Shown: in pieces, positions 43,481 to 54,078 of the stretch
Layout of the letters: every line of letters begins with the position of its first letter
Position numbering within the stretch: position 1 is the first letter of the stretch
Virus record (IMG/VR): IMGVR_UViG_3300037067_004728
Location: 41,377 to 105,376 of that record
Direction: 5' to 3' (one strand)
DNA from: a virus
Taxonomy: Duplodnaviria > Caudoviricetes
Length of the DNA stretch: 64,000 nt
Notes under the pieces: model-generated
The model's database searches: none
The model's input: the letters and a program-made list of their open reading frames with translations, nothing else
Told to the model about the DNA's origin: nothing
Translations under genes and position numbers: made by a program

Positions 43481-44395
43481 ATGTGTGGTTTGTTTGGTGC
43501 GATTGGTTTGGGTTGGAATGAGGGCGTCATTAGGGCGCTGACGTGGGCGAACCAAGAGAGGGGTACAGATTCTCTTGGTTTCTTCGATTCGTCCGGCAAG
43601 ATGATTAAGTGTGCTGAAACCCCCAGTGATGCGCTGTGTAAGGATAACATTTCGCGCTGGCTTGATGCGTCTTGCCGTGGGTCTGAAAAGCTGGGTCGGG
43701 CCGCGAGTTGGTTTATTGCCGGGCATACTCGGCTTGCCACCCGTGGTAAGGTGAACCGTCAGAATTCGCACCCGTTCCGATACGGTCGAATTATCGGTTC
43801 CCACAATGGAATGATCGACGCCCCCAAGGGGTATGTGGTCGATTCGCAGCATTTGTTCGATGCGTTGCACAAGGCCAAGGGTGACTATAATTCGGCATGG
43901 GCCGATATTACGGGTTACTGGGCGGTAACGTGGTTTGACGATAATGCTTTCTATCTGCAAGTCCATAATGGCGACTTGACGGTGGCCCGTAAGGGAGAGG
44001 TATGGTACTACTCCTCGGCATGGTCTCACCTGGAAAGCTGCATCGGCACTGCCGATGAGGTTATCACGCTGAAAGAGGGCGAAACCCTGCGGTTTACTCT
44101 TGAAAATGGCGTGATTGTCAAGTCCGATGCTCCTAAGTTTGTGTCGGCTGCCCCGGATTACTGGGTTAAGAAATACGGTTGCAGCAATACCAACGATTGG
44201 GAGGATGAATACTACGGGTCGGGCCGTTCCTTCCGTCGTCACGGTAGCCGTGGCAAGGGTTCATGGTACGATCACCATGATTACACAAGCACGACTACCC
44301 CAACAAGCACGGGCACTGTCAAGGATTATGATGCCGATTGGCGGGAAGCATGGGAAGCCTACTCTACGGAGAGTGAACACGCCAAGGTTGACTAA
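43481..44395 (+). CDS. class II glutamine amidotransferase
   Basis: N-terminal MCGLFG, RG.DS.G, GHTRLAT.G, N.HPF, HNG, VDS. Confidence 0.9.
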   Translation: MCGLFGAIGLGWNEGVIRALTWANQERGTDSLGFFDSSGKMIKCAETPSDALCKDNISRWLDASCRGSEKLGRAASWFIAGHTRLATRGKVNRQNSHPFRYGRIIGSHNGMIDAPKGYVVDSQHLFDALHKAKGDYNSAWADITGYWAVTWFDDNAFYLQVHNGDLTVARKGEVWYYSSAWSHLESCIGTADEVITLKEGETLRFTLENGVIVKSDAPKFVSAAPDYWVKKYGCSNTNDWEDEYYGSGRSFRRHGSRGKGSWYDHHDYTSTTTPTSTGTVKDYDADWREAWEAYSTESEHAKVD

Positions 44396-44505
44396 TGGTT
44401 GTCGGTTTCTACGGGCGGTAACATAAAAACTTGCCGCCCATTTTTATTTGACTTCCCCTTTTTTTGATGATATAGTTAAGTTGTTCACTTAACCATGAGG
44501 TACTA

Positions 44506-45561
44506 ATGCCAGCATCAAGTTTACCCTTACCCGATCTAGCGGATACCCCCACACAGTCACGATACCAATGTCGGTTATGTGGCCGTCGATTCACGGAGAA
44601 TCCGTGCCGTGGCCCAGAGAATATGTGTCTGTGCCAAAATTGCTACGACCGTGAATGTTTCGTTTGCACTGTTTGCGGACGAATCGAATTTAGCAACGGT
44701 CGCCGACAACTGGCGCTAGAACCCAATGGCCCGCCCGTCGCTATTTGCCGCAACTGTGAGCATGAATATCGAACGTGGAATCATGCGGAATTTGTAGTTG
44801 AAGATGCAAGCTACAAAAAGATTCGCAGTACCCGCAAGTTTGGTATCGAGTTGGAAACATCGGATTGCCCCAATTATCGCAGTCTAAAAGGGGCAACGCC
44901 TTTTGGCGCGAAAGTTGATTGCTCGATTCATGGTATGGAATTCACTTCTCCGATTTTGTATGGCGATGAGGGTCTTGCCGCTGTTGAAGAATTTTGCAAT
45001 CACGCTGATCGTCTCGATTTTGACGTGGATAGCGATTGCGGGTATCACCTGCATATTGATATGCGGGGTGAATCGGTTGACGCCTTGAAGTCGGTTGCGT
45101 ATGCGTACACGAAAGCAGACTCGGTATGGCGTTTGCTTGTCGATTCATTCCGAGCGAATGATTGCGGTTACTGCCGCCGCCCGGAATTTGGTCGGAGTGA
45201 AATTTCGCGGGTATGGGATGAGTACAGCATGGAGAGATTTTGCGACCGGCAGAATCGCTACACTCTATGCAATCTTAATGCCTACACTAAGTTTGGCAGT
45301 TATGAGATTAGGTTGCATCAGGGAAGTTTAGATGCCCGTGTCATTTGCAACTGGATTAAGGCCCATTTGCGGTTTGTCGATTGGGCGAAAGATAAGACAT
45401 TCGACGAAATTGACGACGCCTTTCGTGGATCGGATTTAGCCCGCTGGGAATCACTGAAAGCCATTTTTGGCGATATTGACCTTAACCGCTACTATGGCCG
45501 TGTACGTCGTGGCCGGTTGAACGAAAGCACCGAACGTGAACGGGCCGAAGTTGCTGTATAG
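44506..45561 (+). CDS. amidoligase paralog 2
   Basis: FGIELE, EFTSPIL.G, CGYHLH.D, RY..N, EIRLHQG. Confidence 0.8.
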   Translation: MPASSLPLPDLADTPTQSRYQCRLCGRRFTENPCRGPENMCLCQNCYDRECFVCTVCGRIEFSNGRRQLALEPNGPPVAICRNCEHEYRTWNHAEFVVEDASYKKIRSTRKFGIELETSDCPNYRSLKGATPFGAKVDCSIHGMEFTSPILYGDEGLAAVEEFCNHADRLDFDVDSDCGYHLHIDMRGESVDALKSVAYAYTKADSVWRLLVDSFRANDCGYCRRPEFGRSEISRVWDEYSMERFCDRQNRYTLCNLNAYTKFGSYEIRLHQGSLDARVICNWIKAHLRFVDWAKDKTFDEIDDAFRGSDLARWESLKAIFGDIDLNRYYGRVRRGRLNESTERERAEVAV

Positions 45562-46549
45562 CGATAGGCCCTGTTTTACAACCCCTCACTCATAGGGGAG
45601 AACCCGACCTAATAAGTCGGGTTTCTTTTTAATCGGTTGGTCCATTTGTCGGGGTCATATTTCCAGACGTGCGCTTCTATGACCCCGATCATTGGAATCT
45701 TTAGAAAATTACCACCTATACTTGACAAGCTAAAAGACTATGATATAGTTTTAATATGTCACTCAAAAATGGTGGTTTTAAGTTGAGACACATGCGTTGG
45801 CTGCCTAAGCCACATTGGATCGGAGTCAATATGTCGCCTCTGGGCGAGTTAGCGTTTTGTATCTTCTGGGGTATCATCGGCCTTATCTGTTTATGGATAG
45901 CTCATTCGTAAAGACATGGGTTTTTCAACTGATGGCTACGGGTTGTGACTATCTTACTGGTAGTCATAATCGCACCGTGTATAGCATAACAGTTTTTGCT
46001 ACCCGTGAATTGGCCGAGAGCCGAATCGAAAGTTTCAAGTCTGCCTGTCTAAATCGACTATTGGAAGCCCCTATTAAAGTGGTAGTTATGCCACTAGAAG
46101 TGATTAGCGAATAATTCACTTGACTTTCTCGAAAAAGATGATAGGGTAGTAGTATGACACACCTGACTGAATTACCGCCGATCAAACTACCACAACTTGT
46201 ATCAGCACCGTTCTTTATGCTGGTACAAGAGGGTGAGATTCTGGATTGTTGCCAAAATCCAAACGCCCTTATGTGGTCCCTCTTGAATGACGATACTGAT
46301 TTTTCGGTGGCCGTGGGTGTAATCAATGAGGATGGCAAGCGGGAAATCGTTGGTACTTGCGCTGAGTTTAAGACTAGGCCCAACAGCACTATTGCCTATC
46401 TTACATCGGATATGGACGGCTACCGTCGGCTGGTAAGCAAAGGTGACGCCGCCGACTGCATCCGTAATCGAGTCTGTACGTTGTATGGAAAAGGCCATTT
46501 GTCCGATCCATGCAATTTTTCCAAGGTCGAAATGATTGAGGGTTAATCC

Positions 46550-47485
46550 ATGCCACGTTGTCACACCTGTAATGCTCTAGTCCCAACCGATCAAATGCAC
46601 CGTACTCCCTACGGGGAGAATGTTTGCTGGCAATGTTTTGATCGAGACTTCATACATTGCAATGAATGTGGTCGCCCGGCATGGCGCGGCGATTGTCCTA
46701 ACGATGACTTGTGCTATGAATGTTGGGACCGGGTACGATTTTGGAATTCGGAGGAAGTGAGCCACCTTACCACGATTAAAAAGACTGGCAGTGGCCGTTG
46801 TTTTGGTATCGAGTTGGAAACTTCGCAGTGTGACAACTACCCCAAAATGCGGGGTGAAACCTGTTTTGGGGTGAAAGAGGATGGATCGGTTGACGGCATG
46901 GAATTTTACTCCCCGATTTTGTGCGGAGATAAGGGCCTTGCAGAAATCCGAAAATTTTGCCGGTTGGCAAAGCGGCATGACTTCGAGGTTGATGATACTT
47001 GCGGGTATCACCTGCATCTTGATATGCGGGATACTACCATTGTTCAACGCAAACGAATCGCGTATGCGTATCGCCTGACATTTAGCTTGTGGCAGCATTT
47101 GGTACGGGAGGACCGATGGCACAATACGTTTTGCGAAGGCCCTAATTACAGCCCGCAAGAGCTACGGGATACCCATAATTTTACTACGTTCGAGCGCCGG
47201 CAATGCCGCTATCAGTTTGTCAACCTGCGGGCATTTTGTGACCATAGCACGTATGAACTGCGTGGCTTTCAGGGGACACTTGACTACCGCGAAATTTGCA
47301 ACTGGATTAAAGCCCATTTGCGTTTTGTCGAATTCGTAAAAGACACGCCGATGGCTGAACTTGATGCCATGTTTGGGCAGGGATTACGTAAAGCCAAACG
47401 GAGTTTGCGTAAGGTACTTGGCACTTCACTAAGCAACTACTATGCAAAACTCTGGCGTAAACATGCCCATAGGGTGGCCGTATGA
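46550..47485 (+). CDS. amidoligase paralog 3
   Basis: FGIELE, DGS..G.EFYSPIL, CGYHLH.D, RY..N, ELR. Confidence 0.8.
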   Translation: MPRCHTCNALVPTDQMHRTPYGENVCWQCFDRDFIHCNECGRPAWRGDCPNDDLCYECWDRVRFWNSEEVSHLTTIKKTGSGRCFGIELETSQCDNYPKMRGETCFGVKEDGSVDGMEFYSPILCGDKGLAEIRKFCRLAKRHDFEVDDTCGYHLHLDMRDTTIVQRKRIAYAYRLTFSLWQHLVREDRWHNTFCEGPNYSPQELRDTHNFTTFERRQCRYQFVNLRAFCDHSTYELRGFQGTLDYREICNWIKAHLRFVEFVKDTPMAELDAMFGQGLRKAKRSLRKVLGTSLSNYYAKLWRKHAHRVAV

Positions 47486-47766
47486 ACTTGAACCCGTTAC
47501 GCTATCAGTTAATGACCCAGGTTGAAAGCCTGATTCGTGGGACTGAAACCCTATTAGCCGATCCTCAGATTCAGAGCCGGATACTGGTTGCTGTTGTAGC
47601 GCGTGACTGTCTCATACGCCAATTATTTTGGGGTGAGCAATTACTGGCGACATTGCGGGATGAGGGAAACTATTATCATGCCCGCGATGAGTTTAACATT
47701 GCAAGCCGGGCGAGTGAGAAAGCCCTAAACATACTCCATGATTTTCATAACCCAAGGTGTTCATAA
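47482..47766 (+). CDS. hypothetical protein, paralog of 56341-56661
   Basis: shared AR..LI.Q.FWG...LA..RD.G motif. Confidence 0.55.
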   Translation: MNLNPLRYQLMTQVESLIRGTETLLADPQIQSRILVAVVARDCLIRQLFWGEQLLATLRDEGNYYHARDEFNIASRASEKALNILHDFHNPRCS

Positions 47767-49269
47767 TGTTTTCAGTTAGACAAAAACGCGAAATCGCCGA
47801 CGCCGTGCAACGTATTCTAAGGGATACTAACCACCCCGAATTGCCCGCCGGTGAGATTCAATTCAAGCTGCATGTTGATGGTGCCCGACCAGGAAGTAGT
47901 TGGGCGGATATACAGAATAACGGGGCTGTACCGAATCCAACGGTTAATCCGCATAATGAGCGGCAGGATTCACTTGACAAACCAACAAAATAAGGTAGAA
48001 TAGATTATATGAAATACGCCATTCGATTAAGTCACCTACCGCCCGTCGTTATCTACGCCACCCTCAAGCGCTCGGCTGAGGATGTTGTAGCGGCCTTGTG
48101 TGAGGAAGCTACCGAAGCGAAGCAATGCGGCATGGGTATTTGTGGTTATGTCAACAAGGTTCTACGCTGGTTGTCTGACGATCTTCTGTGCGAATCGTGC
48201 CAACTGGTTGAAGATGATACCCGACTTGTCTTTACCGATACGCGGGATGCTGATTATCTTATCACTAAGACGGATAAGGGCTTTGACGTGGTGCGCCTAA
48301 CCGATTCGTATGATCGGGAGCTATTGGGCCGATAAGCATGATATTCAACGAATGGTGGACGCGATACGGTAGTGCTTGTGTTGGCATGGAAACTATGCAA
48401 GAGGTAGCCCGCCTAGCTTATGAGGAGGGGGTTAAGGCTGGGTATGATACCGGATATGATGAGGGTTATTCTAACGGCTATGATACCGGCAGCAATGACG
48501 AAAGAGAGGTTCATTTCGGATGACATTCGATCAGTGGTGGGAAGAAAATAAAGAGGATTGCACATACTCCGAACTGCCAACCGACGTGATAAAGTTGATT
48601 GCGATGGCTGCGTATGATGCCGGGTGGGAGGAAGGGTGGGACAAAGGCTGTATTGTCCCGTCAATACAATGAGATACGCAATACAAACCCCCATTGCTGT
48701 TTTCTGTTGCCGATTGTTTTTGCCAAAACAATTAGTGATAGACCGATTGCATACACGTAATACGTCATGCGCGGGGGTCTACACTAGAACACGTTGGATA
48801 CACGAAAAGTTACTTGCGATGAATCCATCGTTGGCTATCTTGGACCATTTCAACCAGGATGATGATAGACTTCCTAGCAATCAAACCCCGGAAGAATGGT
48901 GCGAAGTACGAATCTTTGCCTATGATTTAGGATTCTGAAAATGAAGTATGCCGTAATTATGAGGGACGTGATTTTCTGTTGTGAATTGCACGATACCCCT
49001 ACCGATGTTCTTAACGCCTTGAATGAATGGGATAACCATGATCTTGGCCCCTTTCAGCGTAAGAGTCTAGCCCGCGATTGCTTGGAAGATTTGGAATTGA
49101 ACCAGTGGCATAGCGGCGATGTTCATGTTATCGAGGATAGCTTGCCGCTGATGGACAACCAGCCGGTCAACCATTGGGCGAATCATGTAATCTTGTGGGA
49201 TGCCACTAGCGGCTTTTATTTTGAGCGCTGTTTATCGGGCGATTGCGGCAACTGTAACTGTGGTGGGAA

Positions 49270-49842
49270 ATGCTAACCAGTTTGCAATTTACTGAGAAGT
49301 GGCGTTGCTTTGCAGAGGGCGATACTATTAAGTTTCGCCCCGGCGTTAATCTACTGGTTGGCGATCAAGGCAGTGGTAAGAGTAGCGTACTACAGGCTAT
49401 TGCAGCTAGTGCTAAGGCAAAGAAATACACGTATCAAGTTGACCTTGGCAAAAAGGTCAAGGTGGTGGCTGATAAGATGCCTGCGGGCGGCTTTGATTTT
49501 GAGAAGGATAACCGCCGTACACGTCCCTACTTTGACCATGATAATTTTCAAGCACACATAGCAATGATGTGGTCAAGCCACGGGCAATCAAACCTTGCAA
49601 TCTTGCGTAGTATGGCAAAGATGCAAGGTACTTTGATATTCCTTGATGAGCCGGATATGGCCCTTAGCATACGGTCGGTCTACAAATTGATCGACCTGTT
49701 AAATGCGGCTGCTATTCGTAAATGTCAAATTGTTGCCGCCGTTCATAACCCGATTTTAATTCAGGCATACCCCGAAGTTTACTCATTAGAAAAACGAAAG
49801 TGGGTATACAGTGACGAATTCATTTTGAGTCAAACACCATGA
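49270..49842 (+). CDS. ABC/AAA-type ATPase
   Basis: GDQGSGKS Walker A, SHGQ signature, FLDEPD Walker B, H-loop. Confidence 0.85.
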   Translation: MLTSLQFTEKWRCFAEGDTIKFRPGVNLLVGDQGSGKSSVLQAIAASAKAKKYTYQVDLGKKVKVVADKMPAGGFDFEKDNRRTRPYFDHDNFQAHIAMMWSSHGQSNLAILRSMAKMQGTLIFLDEPDMALSIRSVYKLIDLLNAAAIRKCQIVAAVHNPILIQAYPEVYSLEKRKWVYSDEFILSQTP

Positions 49843-51170
49843 TTCAGTGGTACGTTATAGTACGAAAAGATAATGGCTATCCGCTACAAATTTATGCGGA
49901 TAAGGAACTAGCAGAACAGATTGCCCGTGCGAATGGCGAGAAAGTTGTACCCGTAACCCCGGTGACAAAATGACTTGGTATGAAGCGATTAGCGAGTTGT
50001 GCTTGCAAGTTGATAGTGAAGAAACTATCAAAGATATTCTAGCGACGGCGGTTGATGAGTGTATGATTACGTCGCATGATGCCGATAGCATTGCTAAAAT
50101 GGTTCATGTAGTGAGGCCAGTATGAAAAACGAACAATTTGAGGAATGGTGGGCGACAATGGAACCCGGTTTTCGGGACGTGCAACCCGTGCTGATGTTGG
50201 CTTTCAAGGAAATTGCCGAGAAGGCATGGGATAATGGTTTCGATTGTGGATGGGATGCTTGTGGCGATACACTTTACTGGGGAACCGATGGATAAGGAAT
50301 TCGAGAAGTGGTGGGCTGCGGTCGAGCAATCGGCCCCGTGGATGCGCCTGCGCGGCTTGGACTATGCAATCAAGGCGATTGCATGGTCAGCGTGGAAAGC
50401 TAGTCGAGGTCTAATATGATTTATGCTTTGGTAAGCGGCGGCAAGTTTCTACACGGCCTCTATACTGATCCTCGAAAAGCTGCGGCATTGATTGCCCGGC
50501 AAGATAAGTATGGCGATTGGGATGCCATTACCGCTTTGCTGGCGGCTGGGGAAGCGTATGCTTGTTGGACACTGATACCCTTGTCGCTTGACTGTGAATT
50601 CAAGGGGGACATACGGCTATGAAAGTACAATTTTTCTGTGATAGCGGGGCTAACATTCATTCCTGCCATAAGTCTGGTATCTTGGATACTGTCAAAGATT
50701 TGGGGCTTGATGATGATGAGTGGGAAGCACTCTCGGATAATGAAAAGTATAAGTTAGCTGAGGAATGGGCTAACAACTACCTGGAAATCTACTTCGAGGA
50801 ATCCTAATGCACATCATCGGATTCGTACCGCCTGAATGGCTTGATGCCATTGTCGAGTCAATGAACGCGGAATTTCCAGGGTGGTGTTTTTCAGGTGTAG
50901 ACTTGGATACCATTGTAGCTGAGTATTTGCCCCATGATGCAATCATGCCCTTGATTGAAGCCTACCTTGACGGTGTAAATGATGCGTGGGAACTATGATG
51001 GAATATAAACACTGGCGAATTATGATCGGGCAACGCAAGGATGGTTGGTATTACCTTGTGGAGATATTGCCCAACAAAACATTCAAGGCCACTTATGGCC
51101 CGTTTGCCGGGCCAGAAAGTGCGGAGTATGACGCTAAGCAAGTGATTGATGTACTCGAAAAATACTTGGA

Positions 51171-51266
51171 GTGGTAGCGCTTTAAGACGTGCCGGATTCA
51201 TGGCCGGAAGGGTGCAAGTCCCAATAAGGTCTAGTAGACCAACCGGGTGCAAGGCCCGGCTATCAT
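51171..51266 (+). ncRNA. tRNA-like RNA with two T-loop hairpins
   Basis: 7-bp gtggtag/ctatcat stem abutting ccggg-TGCAAGG-cccgg; second ggg-TGCAAGT-ccc; followed by terminator. Confidence 0.45.
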
Positions 51267-52362
51267 TCTAAAGCCCGCTATACCGGATGGCCGGTCACTG
51301 GCGGGTTTCCTTTTACCCAGGGGGTCTAATTGTCGGGGTCGATTTTTGTTGAAAATAAACCCCAGAAATTTTAAGGCCCTATACGGCAGATTATCGGGGT
51401 CATATTCGATGTCCAATTCGGACGTACAATTATCGGGGTCATGGATTAACTTATATTTTAGTTATATTTCTTGGACCCCGCTATTCCGAATTATCCGACG
51501 CTCTAACCCAGAAATTAAAAAGGTTAATTGCTGATAAACTGTGACCCCGATAGTCGCCTGTATGTTGCTGGCGTCACTAAGGGTTTATCCGATTCTAGCC
51601 GCACGGCAAGAATCCCTCACAGATTTTTACCGCTGGCCTTGACTTTGTTGCAAAACGTGGTATAGTTAAGATGTTGAGGGAAATTGTGCTACCGAAAACT
51701 TATAGGAGATACAGCCAACCGACTTTCAATTCCGTAACCGCTTAAAAGCTACTGCCCGCCTTGATACTGTAAGTATCTCTATGTCGGGATTCCCGGTACT
51801 CGCGGTAGAATAGCCGTATCATCGGCACTATAAGTCTTGGCAACGCAACCTCTTGCGGTAATCCTTGTTTCGGCCTCAATGCTTGTAGCTGGTTGTTGTT
51901 CCTCCCTTGCACACGGGCGGGTAGGTGTGTGGCCTATCCCGCCCATTCTTTTTGTCCGATTAAGTCGATTGTCGGGGTCATGGATAACATAAAAATTTTT
52001 ATGTTGCGCTTTTTTCGGCTCGCTAACCCCAGGTAAAATAAGAACTTACGACTTTTTGGATTCCAGCTTGGTGGAAATTTGAGGGTCGCAATGTAGGGGA
52101 AACCGGCACCCCTTGACCGTTATAATTGATATAATCGGCCAAGTAGCGGTACAATCGTTAAGATCGTTAAAACCGTTAGAACCGATAAGATTATTATAAA
52201 CGATCTAATCGGAAACCCCACTGGGATCGGCACAAGAGTTGTGACCGATACAACCGGCAGAATTGCAACGTATTGACGTTGCAATCGGTAGAATCGCTAC
52301 AATCGGTAGCATTTGACGGTCTAACCGTCAAAATCGCACCATTCGCTATCCTAACACTATCT

Positions 52363-52390
52363 ATTATACCACGCCGTTGTGGTTTGTCAA
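52363..52390 (-). promoter_or_regulatory. leftward sigma70 promoter
   Basis: TTGACA-N16-TATAAT on - strand. Confidence 0.75.
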
Positions 52391-52668
52391 CTACAATCCA
52401 GATAAACGGCCTTTTCTGGTTGGCGGGGTGATGCCAAGATTGTCGATTGTCGGGGTCATGGCATTTTACGCGCCTGCGCGTAATATAGTATAATGTCAAA
52501 ATCTGCGCCGGAATAATTGTAAAATGTGATAGATCGAAAAAATCTGTTGCAATCTGAAAAAATCTTTGCAGGTTTCCGAACTATCGGCCAATTTTGCTTG
52601 ACACCCGCCGACGGCATGGTAAGATACAATGTAAGTCTGATTTTCCCTATCTAACGGAGGGCTAGGCA

Positions 52669-54078
52669 ATGGCGATAGCTACGTCGAAAATCGAATTACC
52701 CAACCATACACAATGCCCGGATTGTCGGCAATGGTATGAGGGGGAAGGGGCAACGGCATACGGCAATGGTGACACCCGTACAGTATGCCCTAATTGTGCG
52801 GAATTGGCGGGATATGTTGCTTGTGACGATTGCGGCAAGCTATTCCCCGAATTGCACGATTGCGACGGGGATAACTATTGCGACGATTGCGCCGATTCGC
52901 ACGGGTTTAAGCAATGTTCGCAATGTGACGAATGGATGGATTCTGACGATCTGGAAGAATATGACGATGAGTTGTATTGCCGGGAATGTGCCGATGCCGC
53001 CGATCTATACCATTGTGACGATTGCGGCAAGCTATTCCACACTGACGATTTAACCGATTGCGACGGTAACTACTATTGCGACCGTTGCAAGGATAACAAT
53101 GGGTATACGGAATGTTACCATTGCCATGATACTATCCATCGGGACCATTGTAGCACGGGTGCCGATGATGAGGATTATTGCGAATCGTGCTGGTGTGACC
53201 ATTTTTCGGTTTGTGAGGATTGTGGCACAACTATCTGGACTGACGATTGTGTCTATACTAGGGATGCTTGCTATTGTAGCGATTGTGCCCCTGGTGCCGA
53301 GAATTACGAACCGAAGCGTTTTGACGGTTCTAACAATACTTTCACAAAAATCGGTCAGCGCGCCTTTGGCGTAGAAATCGAGACTGACGAATGTGATGGT
53401 TATGAGGATTACGACGGTCGGGGCGCCTTTGGCGCAAAACCCGATGCTTCCGTAAATGGCAAAGAGTTTTATTCTGACATTCTTTCCGGGGATAAGGGTC
53501 TTGCGGAAATTGAGCAGTTTTGCCGTTTTGCGGATCGTAACGGTTTTGCCGTTGATTCCAGTTGTGGGCTTCATGCCCATTTTGACATGCGGAACGAAAA
53601 TAACGATAGCATGAAGTCTATCGCTTGTGCCATGCTTTCCACTTATGAGGTTTGGAAGGCTTTTGTCGATGAGGCAAGACACGACAATCATTACTGTCAT
53701 GCTAGTTGTGCCAGTTTGGGCGAAGTTTACGGCGTTACCGATTTTAGGGATTGGGGCGGTCGTAGGCGTCGTTACGAATGGCTCAATTTTGTGGCCTATT
53801 ACGAACATAGGAGTATTGAGGTTCGGTTGCATCATGGCAGTCTTAACGCCACTGAGATATGTAACTGGATTAGGGGTATTTCCTTGTGGATGGATTGGGC
53901 CGCAAGTAAGGGTTGGAAGGAAGTAAGGGATTCTCTGATTTACAAGAGTTATGCCGAAAGATTCGCCCTTATGTGCAAGGTTTGGGAAAATGCCGGTTGT
54001 GCCGATCTTGTCGATTGGTTCAAGGAACGGGTTGAAGCATCGGAAATCGAATGGGCCGAATTAGCCGAAGTAGCCTAA
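52669..54078 (+). CDS. amidoligase paralog 4 with long acidic CxxC repeat N-terminus
   Basis: FGVEIE, DAS..G.EF.S.IL.G, CGLHAH.D, RY..LN, EVRLHHG. Confidence 0.8.
   Translation: MAIATSKIELPNHTQCPDCRQWYEGEGATAYGNGDTRTVCPNCAELAGYVACDDCGKLFPELHDCDGDNYCDDCADSHGFKQCSQCDEWMDSDDLEEYDDELYCRECADAADLYHCDDCGKLFHTDDLTDCDGNYYCDRCKDNNGYTECYHCHDTIHRDHCSTGADDEDYCESCWCDHFSVCEDCGTTIWTDDCVYTRDACYCSDCAPGAENYEPKRFDGSNNTFTKIGQRAFGVEIETDECDGYEDYDGRGAFGAKPDASVNGKEFYSDILSGDKGLAEIEQFCRFADRNGFAVDSSCGLHAHFDMRNENNDSMKSIACAMLSTYEVWKAFVDEARHDNHYCHASCASLGEVYGVTDFRDWGGRRRRYEWLNFVAYYEHRSIEVRLHHGSLNATEICNWIRGISLWMDWAASKGWKEVRDSLIYKSYAERFALMCKVWENAGCADLVDWFKERVEASEIEWAELAEVA

Noticed and set aside
43418-53835. Long antisense ORFs (43418-44242, 46577-47158, 53050-53835)
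   Set aside because: They are shadow ORFs opposite well-supported + strand genes.
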